Below are positions 23,825 to 34,414 of a stretch of 64,000 bases of DNA, piece after piece. Under the pieces are notes generated by a model. It did no database searches. It saw nothing but the letters and a program-made list of their open reading frames with translations, and was not told where the DNA came from. Made by a program: the position numbers and the translations under genes. Source of the stretch: Candidatus Nitrosocosmicus sp. (GTDB lineage: Archaea > Thermoproteota > Nitrososphaeria > Nitrososphaerales > Nitrososphaeraceae); the NCBI GenBank assembly GCA_029194465.1, contig JARFXS010000002.1:41413-105412 (forward strand). The letters run 5' to 3'. Each line of letters starts with the position of its first letter. Positions within the stretch are counted from its first letter, which is position 1.

Positions 23825-24280
23825 ATGACTACTTTATAATCAAAATAAATAAACGTTATGGAATGATATTCTGAGTAATTAGGGACCTTGGAATTGTACC
23901 TTACAATCTACTTGGATCACATGTTATCATCTAAAGTAGCATGAATTTTTAATTGATATAAACTCCGTACCGAATTAGCTGTTGAGAATCAATTTTTATC
24001 CTTTTTGAAACGCCTTATTAAATTTTTCAAATAAGGTCTGTTACCGGCTTTCAAAAATAAAATATTATTTGGCATATTTAATTTAATCATATTAGTAACA
24101 AAACAAATGGATAATCATACTGTTCCTCTTTATAAAATCGATTTCAATCTGATCCAAGAAATCAATACACCTAAATGCAAATGCAGTAACCATTTAACAT
24201 ACGCTCATGAATAATTCAATGCATCTTTTGAATCAGAATTCAGATTTCGGTGTTCAGGGATTTCATTCTATATCTTGTTT

Positions 24281-24583
24281 CTACTTTGTAAGTATGTCTA
24301 TGGTATCCAGAGAAAATTTGGATATCCAGCGATCATGTAATTCCCGAATAGGAAGAAGGTTAATGTAATTCCATCGGTATTTGCCACTATGTTTTACTAG
24401 GATCAAATCAGCTTTTTCTAAGACGTTTAAATGTTGCATTACCGTACATCTATCCATTTTTTTTAAGATTAGACACAATTCTGACGTTGTATGTGGTTTA
24501 TCCTTTATCAAATCAAGGATTTCGCGTCTGCCAGCATGACCCAGTGCCTTAAGGATATGGTCATACTCCCTCTCTGAATACAT
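24281..24583 (-). CDS. ArsR/SmtB-family winged-helix regulator (start at 24583, alternatively 24601)
   Basis: LKALGHAGRREILDL...TVMQHLNVLEKADLI...GKYRWN. Confidence 0.9.
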   Translation of the reverse strand: MYSEREYDHILKALGHAGRREILDLIKDKPHTTSELCLILKKMDRCTVMQHLNVLEKADLILVKHSGKYRWNYINLLPIRELHDRWISKFSLDTIDILTK

Positions 24584-24601
24584 GTTACATTTATATAACA
24601 T
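24582..24601. promoter_or_regulatory. Putative ArsR operator ATGTTA-N8-TAACAT
   Basis: Perfect 6-8-6 inverted repeat between the divergent ArsR and SRPBCC starts. Confidence 0.6.
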
Positions 24602-24635
24602 ATACTACTAATAAACCTTACAACGGCGTATATTC

Positions 24636-25079
24636 ATGAATTTGAAATTTAGAGTTCAAGCCAAGATAAAAAAGCCTATCGAGGAAGTATATGACGCAGT
24701 CTATAATCCAAAGAAATTAAGCAGATATTTTACCACAGGTGGAGCAAGTGGACCACTCGATGAAGGAACAGAGGTCATGTGGGATTTTCATGATTATCCC
24801 GGTGCTTTTTCAGTATACGTAAAACAGACTGTTAAGAACCAAAAAATCGTTTTTGAATGGGCCAGTGCAGTTGAATCTAATCGCTTGACTGTAGAGATAG
24901 ACTTTGAACAGCTTGGAGATGACATGACATTAGTAACGATTTCAGAGGCAGGCTGGATAAATGAAGACCAGCCATCGCTAGACGAATCATATAGTAACTG
25001 CCAAGGTTGGACTCAAATGGTTTGTTGCTTAAAGGTATATCTAGAATATAATAAGAATTTAAGGGAGTTCTTTTATTAA
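24636..25079 (+). CDS. SRPBCC / AHSA1-like domain protein
   Basis: KPIEEVYDAV, KIVFEW, TLVTISEAGW, GWTQMVCCLKVYLE. Confidence 0.9.
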   Translation: MNLKFRVQAKIKKPIEEVYDAVYNPKKLSRYFTTGGASGPLDEGTEVMWDFHDYPGAFSVYVKQTVKNQKIVFEWASAVESNRLTVEIDFEQLGDDMTLVTISEAGWINEDQPSLDESYSNCQGWTQMVCCLKVYLEYNKNLREFFY

Positions 25080-25532
25080 TATTTACTGAGTTTGTATGCA
25101 AGGTAGAATAATATATTTCATAATTAATCTAAAAACATGTAACTGCAAGTGATATACAAGTCGAACATTTTTACTTCAAAAATCTTTAGAGTAAGGACCT
25201 AATATTTACCCTTTACAGAGTTATCTTACACCTTAAAATAATTGGTTCATTTTGTAGAAGAGCAGAATCTTGACTTCAGTGTTATTCATACAGAGAACTG
25301 TTAACATATCATAAACTGCACTAGTAATAGACGGTATGATATCGACTTATTAGCACTACTTGTTAGAGTTACATGTACAGCTTCAAAATCAAAATCAAGC
25401 AATATCCCAAGATATAAAAGGGTTTACGGAATGATTTTTAATTGTAGAAAAATTATTGTTATGAAATCAATAAAACTGCTGAAATATTATAAAAAAGAGA
25501 TTTATTTATTACATATCAAAATTTTGGTGCAC

Positions 25533-26045
25533 TCAATTCACTATTCCTGATATTGACTGATTCTCAAAGTGATTATTTATGTTCTCAGGATTAAAGTAAA
25601 TATCAATTTTTTCCTGGGATAAGGCGATTACTGTGGGTTCACTTGTAACCGGCCCGTCTCTCATGGTTATAGTCGAGGTACCATTAAGGTGGACCGTTTG
25701 ATTTTCTACAACTGGCGATCCTATTAATTTGAAATCATTTATCTCATGTTCGTGTCCTGCGCTTCCGTTCGGTTTGACCATTTCAATAATGGCAGTCAAG
25801 GTGGGAGATGACGAATTTATACCAGTCATAGACCAGTTACCAGAGTTTATCCAAGTTGTGTTTCCTGAAGAATCGGTCTGAGTATGATTGAACACACCGA
25901 CTTCAGTATCTTCTATCTGTCCATATGCAACAGAAGCAGTACTGGTCGAAATAACCATTCCAGCTACTAAAAAAATTGTTAAACTAAATGAAAAGATTAA
26001 TCTTCTTTCAAGCCTTGTTAGGGTAAAATTTTGATCAAGATCCAT
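25533..26045 (-). CDS. Secreted hypothetical protein (paralog of 4190..4987)
   Basis: Signal peptide, then TWINSGNW...MVKPNG..HEHEINDF...NHF. Confidence 0.7.
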   Translation of the reverse strand: MDLDQNFTLTRLERRLIFSFSLTIFLVAGMVISTSTASVAYGQIEDTEVGVFNHTQTDSSGNTTWINSGNWSMTGINSSSPTLTAIIEMVKPNGSAGHEHEINDFKLIGSPVVENQTVHLNGTSTITMRDGPVTSEPTVIALSQEKIDIYFNPENINNHFENQSISGIVN

Positions 26046-26577
26046 TTTTTGTATTAGTACATACTAATATAAATTCCTTACCTATTTGCTAGTTCACATA
26101 GATACCTTACATTGGTATTTTTTATTACCAATTTTGGATTTATTAATAATAATTAGGGTATGAACAAAAATTTTCTGTCAGATATATTAGTAAATGGAGA
26201 TATAAACAGCTGTGAAAAGCTTTTCCTAAGTAACAAGTAGGGCTTTCTACGTCGGGCCCATTTCCAAATGTACGTGTAACAAAAAAATGGATCCAAATTA
26301 ATGAAACTCAGTTATTAGAATTCAGTAACAAGAAATAGAATTTAGGCATTTATCACTCTAGTCATAATGAGATGAAATTGTCCTTCCCTTAATCAATTTC
26401 TGTACGAAGATTTATGGCAAATAGACAAAAAAGTCCGTGAAATAAGTATTTAAGCGGATTAATCCATATATAGAATATGGAATTGAGGATAGAATTATCC
26501 ATGAATGAAATAGAATATATGTTTGGGAAAATTTCTGCATCAACTCTTGTAAAATTATCTCCGTATCTAGGCAGCGG

Positions 26578-27453
26578 GTGGTATTAGAATTGCAAATGAC
26601 AAAGTTATTGTTACCACAATATGAATCTAATGACATTGGTAACATCCAAAACTATATGGAGCTTCTTCACGCTGGCAACAATTTTCAAAATAAGACAACT
26701 AAATTAAGAATATATTATAATGACTTTTCATTAAATTCAAAACAGAAAACGGATCCTCATGTAAATAACAAGGAGCTCAAAATATCTATCAATGATATTC
26801 GTAATAACGATAAGAAAATTTTATCATTGTTACGAAAAGAAATGTTGTCAACATATTCATTTAAAGCTCTTGAGAGAAAACTTGATATTCACCAACAAAG
26901 TCTATCAAGAGCATTAAAAAGACTTTTGGATTTGGACCTAGTTGAGAGAACATCATCGGGGTACATGTTGGTTGAAAGAAAAGTGTATAACTTCAATCCA
27001 ATATTGGAAGATAATCTTATAAATGAAGAGATAGAAATTGATAAAACAAAAAAACATAGAAAATATAAGCAATTAATCCAGATCTATATGCCCGTAAAGA
27101 GTAACATCGAACTCATAGTGGATCATTTGGCCGGGAAATGGTTTGGCAATTTAAGATGGTTCGGCCTGATAAAAAAAGAAACAGGTTTTAGACTTCAGTG
27201 GATAGCAGTAGATAAACACAGTAGTAATAAAATATTTCAGATTAATGTTAGTATTCTATCAGAAGATATTATTGTAGATACTGATGCAGGATCTGATAGT
27301 GAGAAGGTGGAAGCCATGTATTACTCAAACAGGATAATGGAGGAAATAATAAAAATTCTGCAAGAGAATTTACTTGAAGAAGTAAAACCAGAAAAGGAAT
27401 ATACTCCTATTTGCGCTAATGACATAAAAGTTTCGCACGATAGGAATAATTGA
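26578..27453 (+). CDS. Winged-helix DNA-binding domain protein
   Basis: FKALERKLDIHQQSLSRALKRLLDLDLVER HTH, followed by a domain containing GKWFGNLRWFG. Confidence 0.75.
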   Translation: MVLELQMTKLLLPQYESNDIGNIQNYMELLHAGNNFQNKTTKLRIYYNDFSLNSKQKTDPHVNNKELKISINDIRNNDKKILSLLRKEMLSTYSFKALERKLDIHQQSLSRALKRLLDLDLVERTSSGYMLVERKVYNFNPILEDNLINEEIEIDKTKKHRKYKQLIQIYMPVKSNIELIVDHLAGKWFGNLRWFGLIKKETGFRLQWIAVDKHSSNKIFQINVSILSEDIIVDTDAGSDSEKVEAMYYSNRIMEEIIKILQENLLEEVKPEKEYTPICANDIKVSHDRNN

Positions 27454-27663
27454 AGAAATATAAAACTCAGTCTGTTATGACTTTCACCTAAACCGGGAAT
27501 TAAGAATATGGCAAGATACAAGATTTCAAGTAATCAATATATTTTCTCTCACATTATGGACCTCTTGTAAATTAATAAGGTATCAAAAAAATGTAGTTAG
27601 GAATCATCGCTTCATGTAAAGGATTGTTTGATACCAAGGCAACATTATCACTTTATGTTATAA

Positions 27664-28350
27664 CTATTGCTTTAATTTTGTAAAGCCTTTTGAAGTAACT
27701 ATCCCCGACTCAACCACAGGTTTTTCTCCGATTGCTTTTTCTATAGATTCATTTGACAATTTCAATGCTTGTTCAATATTCATATTTGTATCATATCCCT
27801 TTTGAATCACCTCTAGTGCCACATCGGAAGCGTGACCTATTGCAAACCCACTTCCTTTCAAATAAGTTCCACTAGGATCAACTCGGTACAAATGTATTCC
27901 ATTTTCATCTACTCCAGCAATGATGATTGAAGCTGCTTGCGGTCTTACAGCATAAATTGTGTAATTGTGTAAATACGTACTTAGATGTTTTGTGATAGAT
28001 CTTATGTCGATAGAGCTGTCATATGAAATGCGATGTTTCTGCCCTTGCAGTCGTATTTCTTCTATTAAATGTTCTATATCTGCGATATAGCCTGCTCCAG
28101 TCGCTCCTATGTGTTTATCTATTACAAATATTTTTTCATTAGGATCAACCAACGGTAAAGTGGGTTTGATATGGCTTGAAATTAGGGCGAATTCTGAAGT
28201 TTTTAACCCAATTGTTGTTGACCCCTTATTTACCGCCTCTAGAGCATTATCTACTAAGACCAGGCGACCACCTTGTCCATAATAGTATGGATATCTATTG
28301 TTATTTCCAAAACTATAAGGAGAACCTACAGAATCATTATCTTCAGACAT
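27664..28350 (-). CDS. psmA: Proteasome alpha-type subunit, divergent
   Basis: GRL...KGSTTIGLK, EKIFVIDKHIG, G.IAD, VRP, LYRVDPSG, AIG. GGAGG Shine-Dalgarno upstream. N-terminal gate motif atypical. Confidence 0.85.
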   Translation of the reverse strand: MSEDNDSVGSPYSFGNNNRYPYYYGQGGRLVLVDNALEAVNKGSTTIGLKTSEFALISSHIKPTLPLVDPNEKIFVIDKHIGATGAGYIADIEHLIEEIRLQGQKHRISYDSSIDIRSITKHLSTYLHNYTIYAVRPQAASIIIAGVDENGIHLYRVDPSGTYLKGSGFAIGHASDVALEVIQKGYDTNMNIEQALKLSNESIEKAIGEKPVVESGIVTSKGFTKLKQ

Positions 28351-28371
28351 TTGTTATTATCCTCCTACCCC

Positions 28372-28953
28372 TTATAATACAACCCGTTCGGCTGCTACCA
28401 ATTTTGGTATGACTAAAACATCTATTCCATTGCCAGAGCCTGGATCCCGTTCCATTGCCGCTGCAACAGCCTTTTTAGCAATCTCCTTTGCTTCGTCGTT
28501 TGTGATATCTAAATGGTAAAGGCTTTCAAGCACTCCATAAGCTATAGGAGCTCCCGAACCTGATGCAGCAAAATCTTCATTTGTAATCGCACCACTCATA
28601 TCTGCAACATTTACATGTGATCCGCTGGTATCTACACCTGCTACTAGTAACTCGACGTAATAAGGTTGATAATTCTTTAGCCCCGAGTAGGCGATATTTG
28701 CGATCAGTCTTGAAGATTCTTTTACGCTCAGTGGGAATCCCCTCCGTAGTTCTATCAATCTTCTCTCAGCTGCAGTAACTTTGATTAAATGCTCTGCATC
28801 GGACAGCTGTCCTGCAATAGCAATTGCAAGGGTATCATCTATTTTGGAAATTTTTTGTACTATCTTGGATCCTATAAAGAAGCCCTTACTAGCGCGTTTA
28901 TCGGATGCAAGTACTACTCCCTCAGTTGTTTTGATTCCTATTATAGTAGTCAT
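28372..28953 (-). CDS. psmB: Proteasome beta-type subunit (Ntn hydrolase); probable start ATG 28953
   Basis: MTTIIGIK... gives Thr1, Asp17 and Lys33 at canonical spacing. SGSG and RDPGSG motifs present. Confidence 0.92.
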   Translation of the reverse strand: MTTIIGIKTTEGVVLASDKRASKGFFIGSKIVQKISKIDDTLAIAIAGQLSDAEHLIKVTAAERRLIELRRGFPLSVKESSRLIANIAYSGLKNYQPYYVELLVAGVDTSGSHVNVADMSGAITNEDFAASGSGAPIAYGVLESLYHLDITNDEAKEIAKKAVAAAMERDPGSGNGIDVLVIPKLVAAERVVL

Positions 28954-29330
28954 TTTGTTATAGTAATATAGAGTATAGTCGAATTTATTGACCAAGTTCG
29001 GTTCAAGTTAGTCACGTTTGACTTTATTTGTTAGCAAGACCCGCTGACAAAAATTGTAAAGTCAAATTTGTTGTATATCTCACAGTAAATTCCTAAAAGG
29101 GTATCATTAGAGATTATCAATAATATAAGCCATTAACCGTGATTCAGTAATTGATAGGTATATTAGTCTATCAAACAAACAAATATCTTTTGATTATGGA
29201 CTAAGGAACACAATGCAGTTAAGATTATTAAATAAATATTAAAATACAGTAACGGCACCTAATGAAAACCATTAAATGACAAATATTTTACACAAAAAAA
29301 AATTAAGAGCGGATAAGATGGATAGAATAT

Positions 29331-29768
29331 TTAACACATTCTACCTGGTTTGCAATTACTTGGATCAAAGATATGATGTTTTTCAGTCCAGCTCTCATGA
29401 TGACTATGATGATCTGCATGATGAGGATGAGTATGTGTCACGGTATGGGTATGGCCATTGTGAGTAAAGAAGTGAGTGTGTGTATCTAAATATTGACCAT
29501 CGTTGTCTGTTGTAATTTTACCTAGAATATCAGAAAGTTCCCCTATTATTGCAGTTAGTTGAGCGGTTGCGACTGTTGAATTATCACTTGATACAGTATT
29601 TTGTGCTTTGGTTAAATTTGCAATCAATTCAGCTAGAACCTGGCTATTTTCTTGATTATTTGATTGAGCAGAAACTTCATTGTTTGATGTCCAACCTCCA
29701 AAAGTTATGCCAAATGTTACAAAAATCATAGATATGATTGCTGATTTCAGGAAGATAATGTTCTTCAT
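29331..29768 (-). CDS. Secreted His-rich protein (candidate metal binding)
   Basis: Signal peptide, helical middle, then HTHFFTHNGHTHTVTHTHPHHADHHSHHE and terminal CKPGRMC. Confidence 0.8.
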   Translation of the reverse strand: MKNIIFLKSAIISMIFVTFGITFGGWTSNNEVSAQSNNQENSQVLAELIANLTKAQNTVSSDNSTVATAQLTAIIGELSDILGKITTDNDGQYLDTHTHFFTHNGHTHTVTHTHPHHADHHSHHESWTEKHHIFDPSNCKPGRMC

Positions 29769-30005
29769 TTCAATTTAAATACTATACGGGTTATATTTAA
29801 AGAAAAGTACGATTATTGTATCAAATAAATATATGTACATAAATAATTCAAATGATCTGACACTTTTGTATAAAACGTTAATTTGTAGAATTCTAGAGTC
29901 AATGATTTACAAAAATAGACTACGATATTTTAGATATAGGGACTGATTTATAACATGTTTTAAAAATGGTGGAATGTTATAAACATTGTTATTTAGGATC
30001 TTTTA

Positions 30006-30227
30006 ATGAACAATATTCTTACAGTTGCAATCATGGCCGTTTTGGCTACATCAGTATTATTGATAGGAGCAAGCACACAAGTATTCGCCCAAGAAAACAT
30101 GACAATGAATTCTTCTTCGTCTACACCAGTTGATAACACTACACAGTTGTCAGATACAGGGATGGGAATGGACGCTAATACCATGATGGGCAATAGCACA
30201 TCAGATAACAGCACAACAACACAATAA
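30006..30227 (+). CDS. Small secreted Met/Ser/Thr-rich protein
   Basis: Signal ending VFA-Q. TATA-like ttataaa about 28 bp upstream. T-rich tract downstream. Confidence 0.7.
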   Translation: MNNILTVAIMAVLATSVLLIGASTQVFAQENMTMNSSSSTPVDNTTQLSDTGMGMDANTMMGNSTSDNSTTTQ

Positions 30228-31026
30228 ATAGCAATCTACTAACATCCTTTCTTATAAAACCAAATTTTCTTTTTTTTATGTATCTAAAAATCTTCATACA
30301 CTTCAATATCTGATTTGGAAAATTGTTGGTCTAAATTTTTATAAACTATTATTAATCGCCTCAATACCGATATTCTACGGTCTGAATCTGGAGGTCTTTG
30401 TAACGATATTAGCAGATTGAAGTTAATCCGATAATAATACGAAACAAAATGTTCAAACATTCAGAGATTGTATTTTTACCAATTAGTATTAATATAAATA
30501 ATGTCGAAATTGTATCACATTATCTAATCTTTAGGGTCAATTGTTATGCATTCTACGGTAGCTTAGGTCTCTGTGGACCTTTTGAACTTGTATTGACACA
30601 CTAATGGGCAATAAATTAACATCGGTCTTTAGAGGTTTGGTTATTTTTTTAAATGAAACAGGATGTGTTTCTAGAGACCTAAACTATCTCTAATTAACCA
30701 AATAGATTCTATGAATGGCAAAATATCTTTATTAAGATTTGATGAATTTTTGTAATCAAAAATAAAATGTAATTAAATATCGTAAACTCTGTTTTTTTAT
30801 ATGTTATTCTGTTTGGGTTTGCAATACTGGTTGTCTATTTGCTGACTCCAGAAGTAGAAAATTGGTACTTTTAATAACCTAAAACCTAAAAATGAAATTT
30901 ATTTTGTGCCTAACTATCCATGGTGTATGACAGCAAACTCCATATAGTATAGAGAAATAAGGGATAAATCCATATTAGTAGAATGATGCGTCCCCGCTTT
31001 TATACGATGTTAATCAGATAAATTTA

Positions 31027-31437
31027 ATGAATATAACTAAGAAAATAACTGTCACCATAGTAATTGCGATAGTATCAGTGTTTGCAGCATCCGGTATAAC
31101 AAGTAATTCCGTATTTGCTCAATCTGATGGCGATGACGAAACAGGAAAAAACAATTATGAAGAATTTGTTAATTGTCTGGCTCAATCAGAAGGCGATAAA
31201 GGATTTGCATCTGAAAGTGAAATAAGGGATTGTTTTAGACCAATCTATGATCCAGAGGCAGGTGCCAGCACAGCATCTACTGATAATGCTGGCGACAGCA
31301 GCGACAGCAGCGACAGCAGCGACAGCAGCGACAGCAGCGACAGCAGCGACAGCAGCGACAGCAGCGACAACGACAGCATTGTCCAAACTCAAATAGTGAT
31401 TCAAGTAATTAGGACAACGTTAACGGTAGGTTACTAG
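31027..31437 (+). CDS. Secreted protein with a two-Cys domain and DSS repeat tail; real stop may be TAG at 31412 after a frameshift
   Basis: Signal ending VFA-Q, C..C pair, (DSS)8. The alternate frame continues PNSNSDSSN*. Confidence 0.7.
   Translation: MNITKKITVTIVIAIVSVFAASGITSNSVFAQSDGDDETGKNNYEEFVNCLAQSEGDKGFASESEIRDCFRPIYDPEAGASTASTDNAGDSSDSSDSSDSSDSSDSSDSSDSSDNDSIVQTQIVIQVIRTTLTVGY
31294..31368 (+). repeat. 9-bp tandem repeat gacagcagc x8
   Basis: Directly visible. Confidence 0.95.
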
Positions 31438-31479
31438 CCACACGCGCTTACTATAAGCCACAACCAAGATAGAAGGTGT

Positions 31480-31524
31480 TACCTACCATTCACTACTATC
31501 TGAATGAATGGTAAGGTATTTTTT
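31480..31524 (+). terminator. Hairpin followed by a T tract, putative terminator
   Basis: TACCTACCATTCA ... TGAATGGTAAGGTA followed by TTTTTT. Confidence 0.4.
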
Positions 31525-31737
31525 ATTTACCACATTATAAAAATCAGAAAATTAATTTTTATACACCTACTGACCATAATAGTGGCAATTTAACATTAAA
31601 GAAGAGTAGCCTCTTGATCATATCGATTTCAGGTTAAATATACTATTTTCTTTTTGCATTATTGTTATATATAGAATTCTTGGACTTTAAATGCAAAAAG
31701 AACAGCCATTATATGGATGGAGAATAGTAGTATCAGA

Positions 31738-32157
31738 TCATTTGTTAATAATGTTTAGGATATTACCATCAGGATCTTTGAACCACGCCACTTTCATGTC
31801 ACCATCAAAATGAGTATCATCTTTGAATGTTGTGTTAGGCAAGTCATAATGTTCAAACTCTACACCTTTAGATCTAAGGTTCTTTACCAAAACATCCATA
31901 TCCTCACCCACTACCCAAGTTGCGCTAGTGGCTTTATTCGTTCCAGCAAATTGTGATTGATATACTATGATGGCAGATGTACCACATCTATAAACCACTA
32001 CTTCTTCTCCAACAGAGTCTATTTTTTCTAGTTCCAAAATGTTCTCATAAAACCTTCTAGAAATTTCTAAATTCTTAACTGCTATATTTGCTAGTGCATT
32101 TTTAGTACTCAACATAATAAATTCCCCATTGTGAATTAGAGATGTCAACATTCCCAT
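31738..32157 (-). CDS. VOC/glyoxalase family protein (start probably 32115)
   Basis: IAVKNLEISRRFYENILEL, KGVEFEHYD, VAWFKDPDGNIL. Confidence 0.9.
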   Translation of the reverse strand: MGMLTSLIHNGEFIMLSTKNALANIAVKNLEISRRFYENILELEKIDSVGEEVVVYRCGTSAIIVYQSQFAGTNKATSATWVVGEDMDVLVKNLRSKGVEFEHYDLPNTTFKDDTHFDGDMKVAWFKDPDGNILNIINK

Positions 32158-32335
32158 AACTATGCAGATTCAAAAAAGAGTCGGATAGTAGTTCTAGTCT
32201 TTGATCATGGATCAATTGTTTCATAGCTGAATATGTTCAATATGTTATAAAAATGGGTAGGGGAGTGAAAGTATAGTTGGTTATCTTGGTAAGAGTTGCT
32301 TGAGATATCCAAGGGGATCCATATTTTCGATTTTC

Positions 32336-34072
32336 TTATTCTTCTTCATCTGACTCTTCGTCCGAGGAATCTTCTGATGTGGATGAAGATGAACCTGGTC
32401 CATTCACTATTACTTCACCAACCATAGTGGGATGATATATACAATAGTAATCGAATTCTCCAGGAGTATCAAATGTCAGACTATAAGATTGATTTGGAAT
32501 TATAGCATCAGAATCAAATAGATTGCCCTCATCCAAGTCACCATCCTGTCCAGATGTTACCGTATGAGATATGGTATCTCCATTAAACCACGTTACTGTT
32601 TGTCCAGATTCAATCTCTATTGGTTCTGGTGAATAGGAATTATCACCATCTATTCCCAAGATCACTGCAGATACGACTTTGGATGCTAAAGTGCCATTTT
32701 GTGGAGGTGAGCTTGAAGGTGAGCTTGGTTGAGGTTTTGATTCAATGCTATCAGATATGGGCAATATTCTATAAATTGATCCCGTGTAGCTTAAAACATA
32801 CAAGTAACCATCTGGACCTACCTGAATATCGGTTATTCCCCCGAAACCTTGTCCAAAGATCAGAGGCTGGTTTTCTTTAGGCTCATCTACTTCATTATCT
32901 TCTAATAATTCTGTATTACCAACATAAGTATCATTTATGAAAATAGCATTTCGTTCCTCGTTCAGTGTAAATCTATACAATAATCCATTATTGATGTCAC
33001 CTACAAACATATTATTTGCAAATTGATCTCCAAGCCTGTGTGAATTTAAGAATTTAAGGGCGGTCACACCTATTGTCGTGTCCCACACAAACTTTGGATC
33101 TGCATATTGGCTTTTCCCAAAATATACCAAATCAGCTTCTGTGGTACCATGTTCTAGTAAATCCTTGTCCACATAGCCCTGGATTTGAAACCAACCACTA
33201 TTAAAGCCGGGAAAAACCAGGTTAATTTCATCGCCTGCTACTGGTCCATTTTCTGTATCCCATAAGTTCCCTGTCAATGGATCGAAATCCATGCCAAAAC
33301 TATTTCGAATACCCATTGCATAGTAGACATTCAAAGGCAGACCTTCACCAAATATTGGATCATCGGGATCTACTATACCACCGTCTTGGGTGATTCGAAG
33401 TACGCCTCCCAGACCATTCGGGGCCGGCCCACCTATTATATTTTGGGCCTGGGTTCTGTGGCCCCCAACTTCCCCTATAAAATAGTAGACATTATTATCA
33501 GGACCAATTCGAATTTTACCACCATTGTGCTCACCCCTACCATTTACTGGAATTGCGGTTAAATCCAATAATAACACTGGATTTATCAATCGACCATCAA
33601 CAAATTCATAACGATATAATCGATTTCCTAATGGATCAACAAGAGCGTCAACATCACTGCCGTCTACACCATTGCCTGATTCAGTATAAGAAAGAAAAAC
33701 ATAAGTTTTTCCGTCTGGTTGTTTTGACACAGCTATTCCTAGCAAGCCGCGTTCTATTGCACTTGCTACCGGTACATCAAGTACTGGTTGAGGCGACACA
33801 AAACCGTTTGTAACTCGCATCACTTTACCTGTAGTTTTCTCAGTGACCAGAATATCATTAGGACCCAGAAAAGCCATACTGGTAGGAAAGTCCAAACCAT
33901 CAGCTACTTTTTCAACAGTAAGGGTATCATCATTGATAGTGGGTCCAGTTGGGGATAAAGGGGCTTTTGCATAAGCCCCATAAGAAACCTGAAAATATGA
34001 AGAAGATATAGTAGAAAGTATAATCAAAGACATAGCGAAAAAAGAAATCAATAGTTTTGTTCTATGAAACAT
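32336..34072 (-). CDS. Secreted PQQ-dependent sugar dehydrogenase (GSDH family) fused to a C-terminal cupredoxin
   Basis: PTSMAF, ERGLLG, HNGG, GIRNSFG, DTENG..DEIN, GPDGYLY. Cupredoxin HTVT...YYCIYHPTM. Confidence 0.92.
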   Translation of the reverse strand: MFHRTKLLISFFAMSLIILSTISSSYFQVSYGAYAKAPLSPTGPTINDDTLTVEKVADGLDFPTSMAFLGPNDILVTEKTTGKVMRVTNGFVSPQPVLDVPVASAIERGLLGIAVSKQPDGKTYVFLSYTESGNGVDGSDVDALVDPLGNRLYRYEFVDGRLINPVLLLDLTAIPVNGRGEHNGGKIRIGPDNNVYYFIGEVGGHRTQAQNIIGGPAPNGLGGVLRITQDGGIVDPDDPIFGEGLPLNVYYAMGIRNSFGMDFDPLTGNLWDTENGPVAGDEINLVFPGFNSGWFQIQGYVDKDLLEHGTTEADLVYFGKSQYADPKFVWDTTIGVTALKFLNSHRLGDQFANNMFVGDINNGLLYRFTLNEERNAIFINDTYVGNTELLEDNEVDEPKENQPLIFGQGFGGITDIQVGPDGYLYVLSYTGSIYRILPISDSIESKPQPSSPSSSPPQNGTLASKVVSAVILGIDGDNSYSPEPIEIESGQTVTWFNGDTISHTVTSGQDGDLDEGNLFDSDAIIPNQSYSLTFDTPGEFDYYCIYHPTMVGEVIVNGPGSSSSTSEDSSDEESDEEE

Positions 34073-34414
34073 GGATAAGTCTAATAATATAGAGAAATAT
34101 CATAAATTAATTAAGGTTTCGTAATAATTTATCAATGTTCAACCCTGCAGAATTATTTCACTAATAATCACATAAAATACTAATATCATCAACAATGTTG
34201 AATTTTTCAAGAATATTTTGGAATAGTAGTGAATTTAACTGGAATTATCCAATGGAATTAGAGTCTCCCTAACACATAACAATGAGTAAAAGAATATTAG
34301 TCCATGTCCTTTCAATGACTAATTTCTTAATCTTTGATAACCTTAGACCATACCACAAAAATTGAATTCTAATGAAAATCTTGACAAGTATCAGAGATGA
34401 GTCAATAATTAGAT

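Noticed and set aside
28954..28995. TTG-start N-terminal extension as a beta propeptide
   Set aside because: No Gly precedes Thr1, and the region looks like an AT-rich promoter. ATG 28953 is preferred, though unproven.
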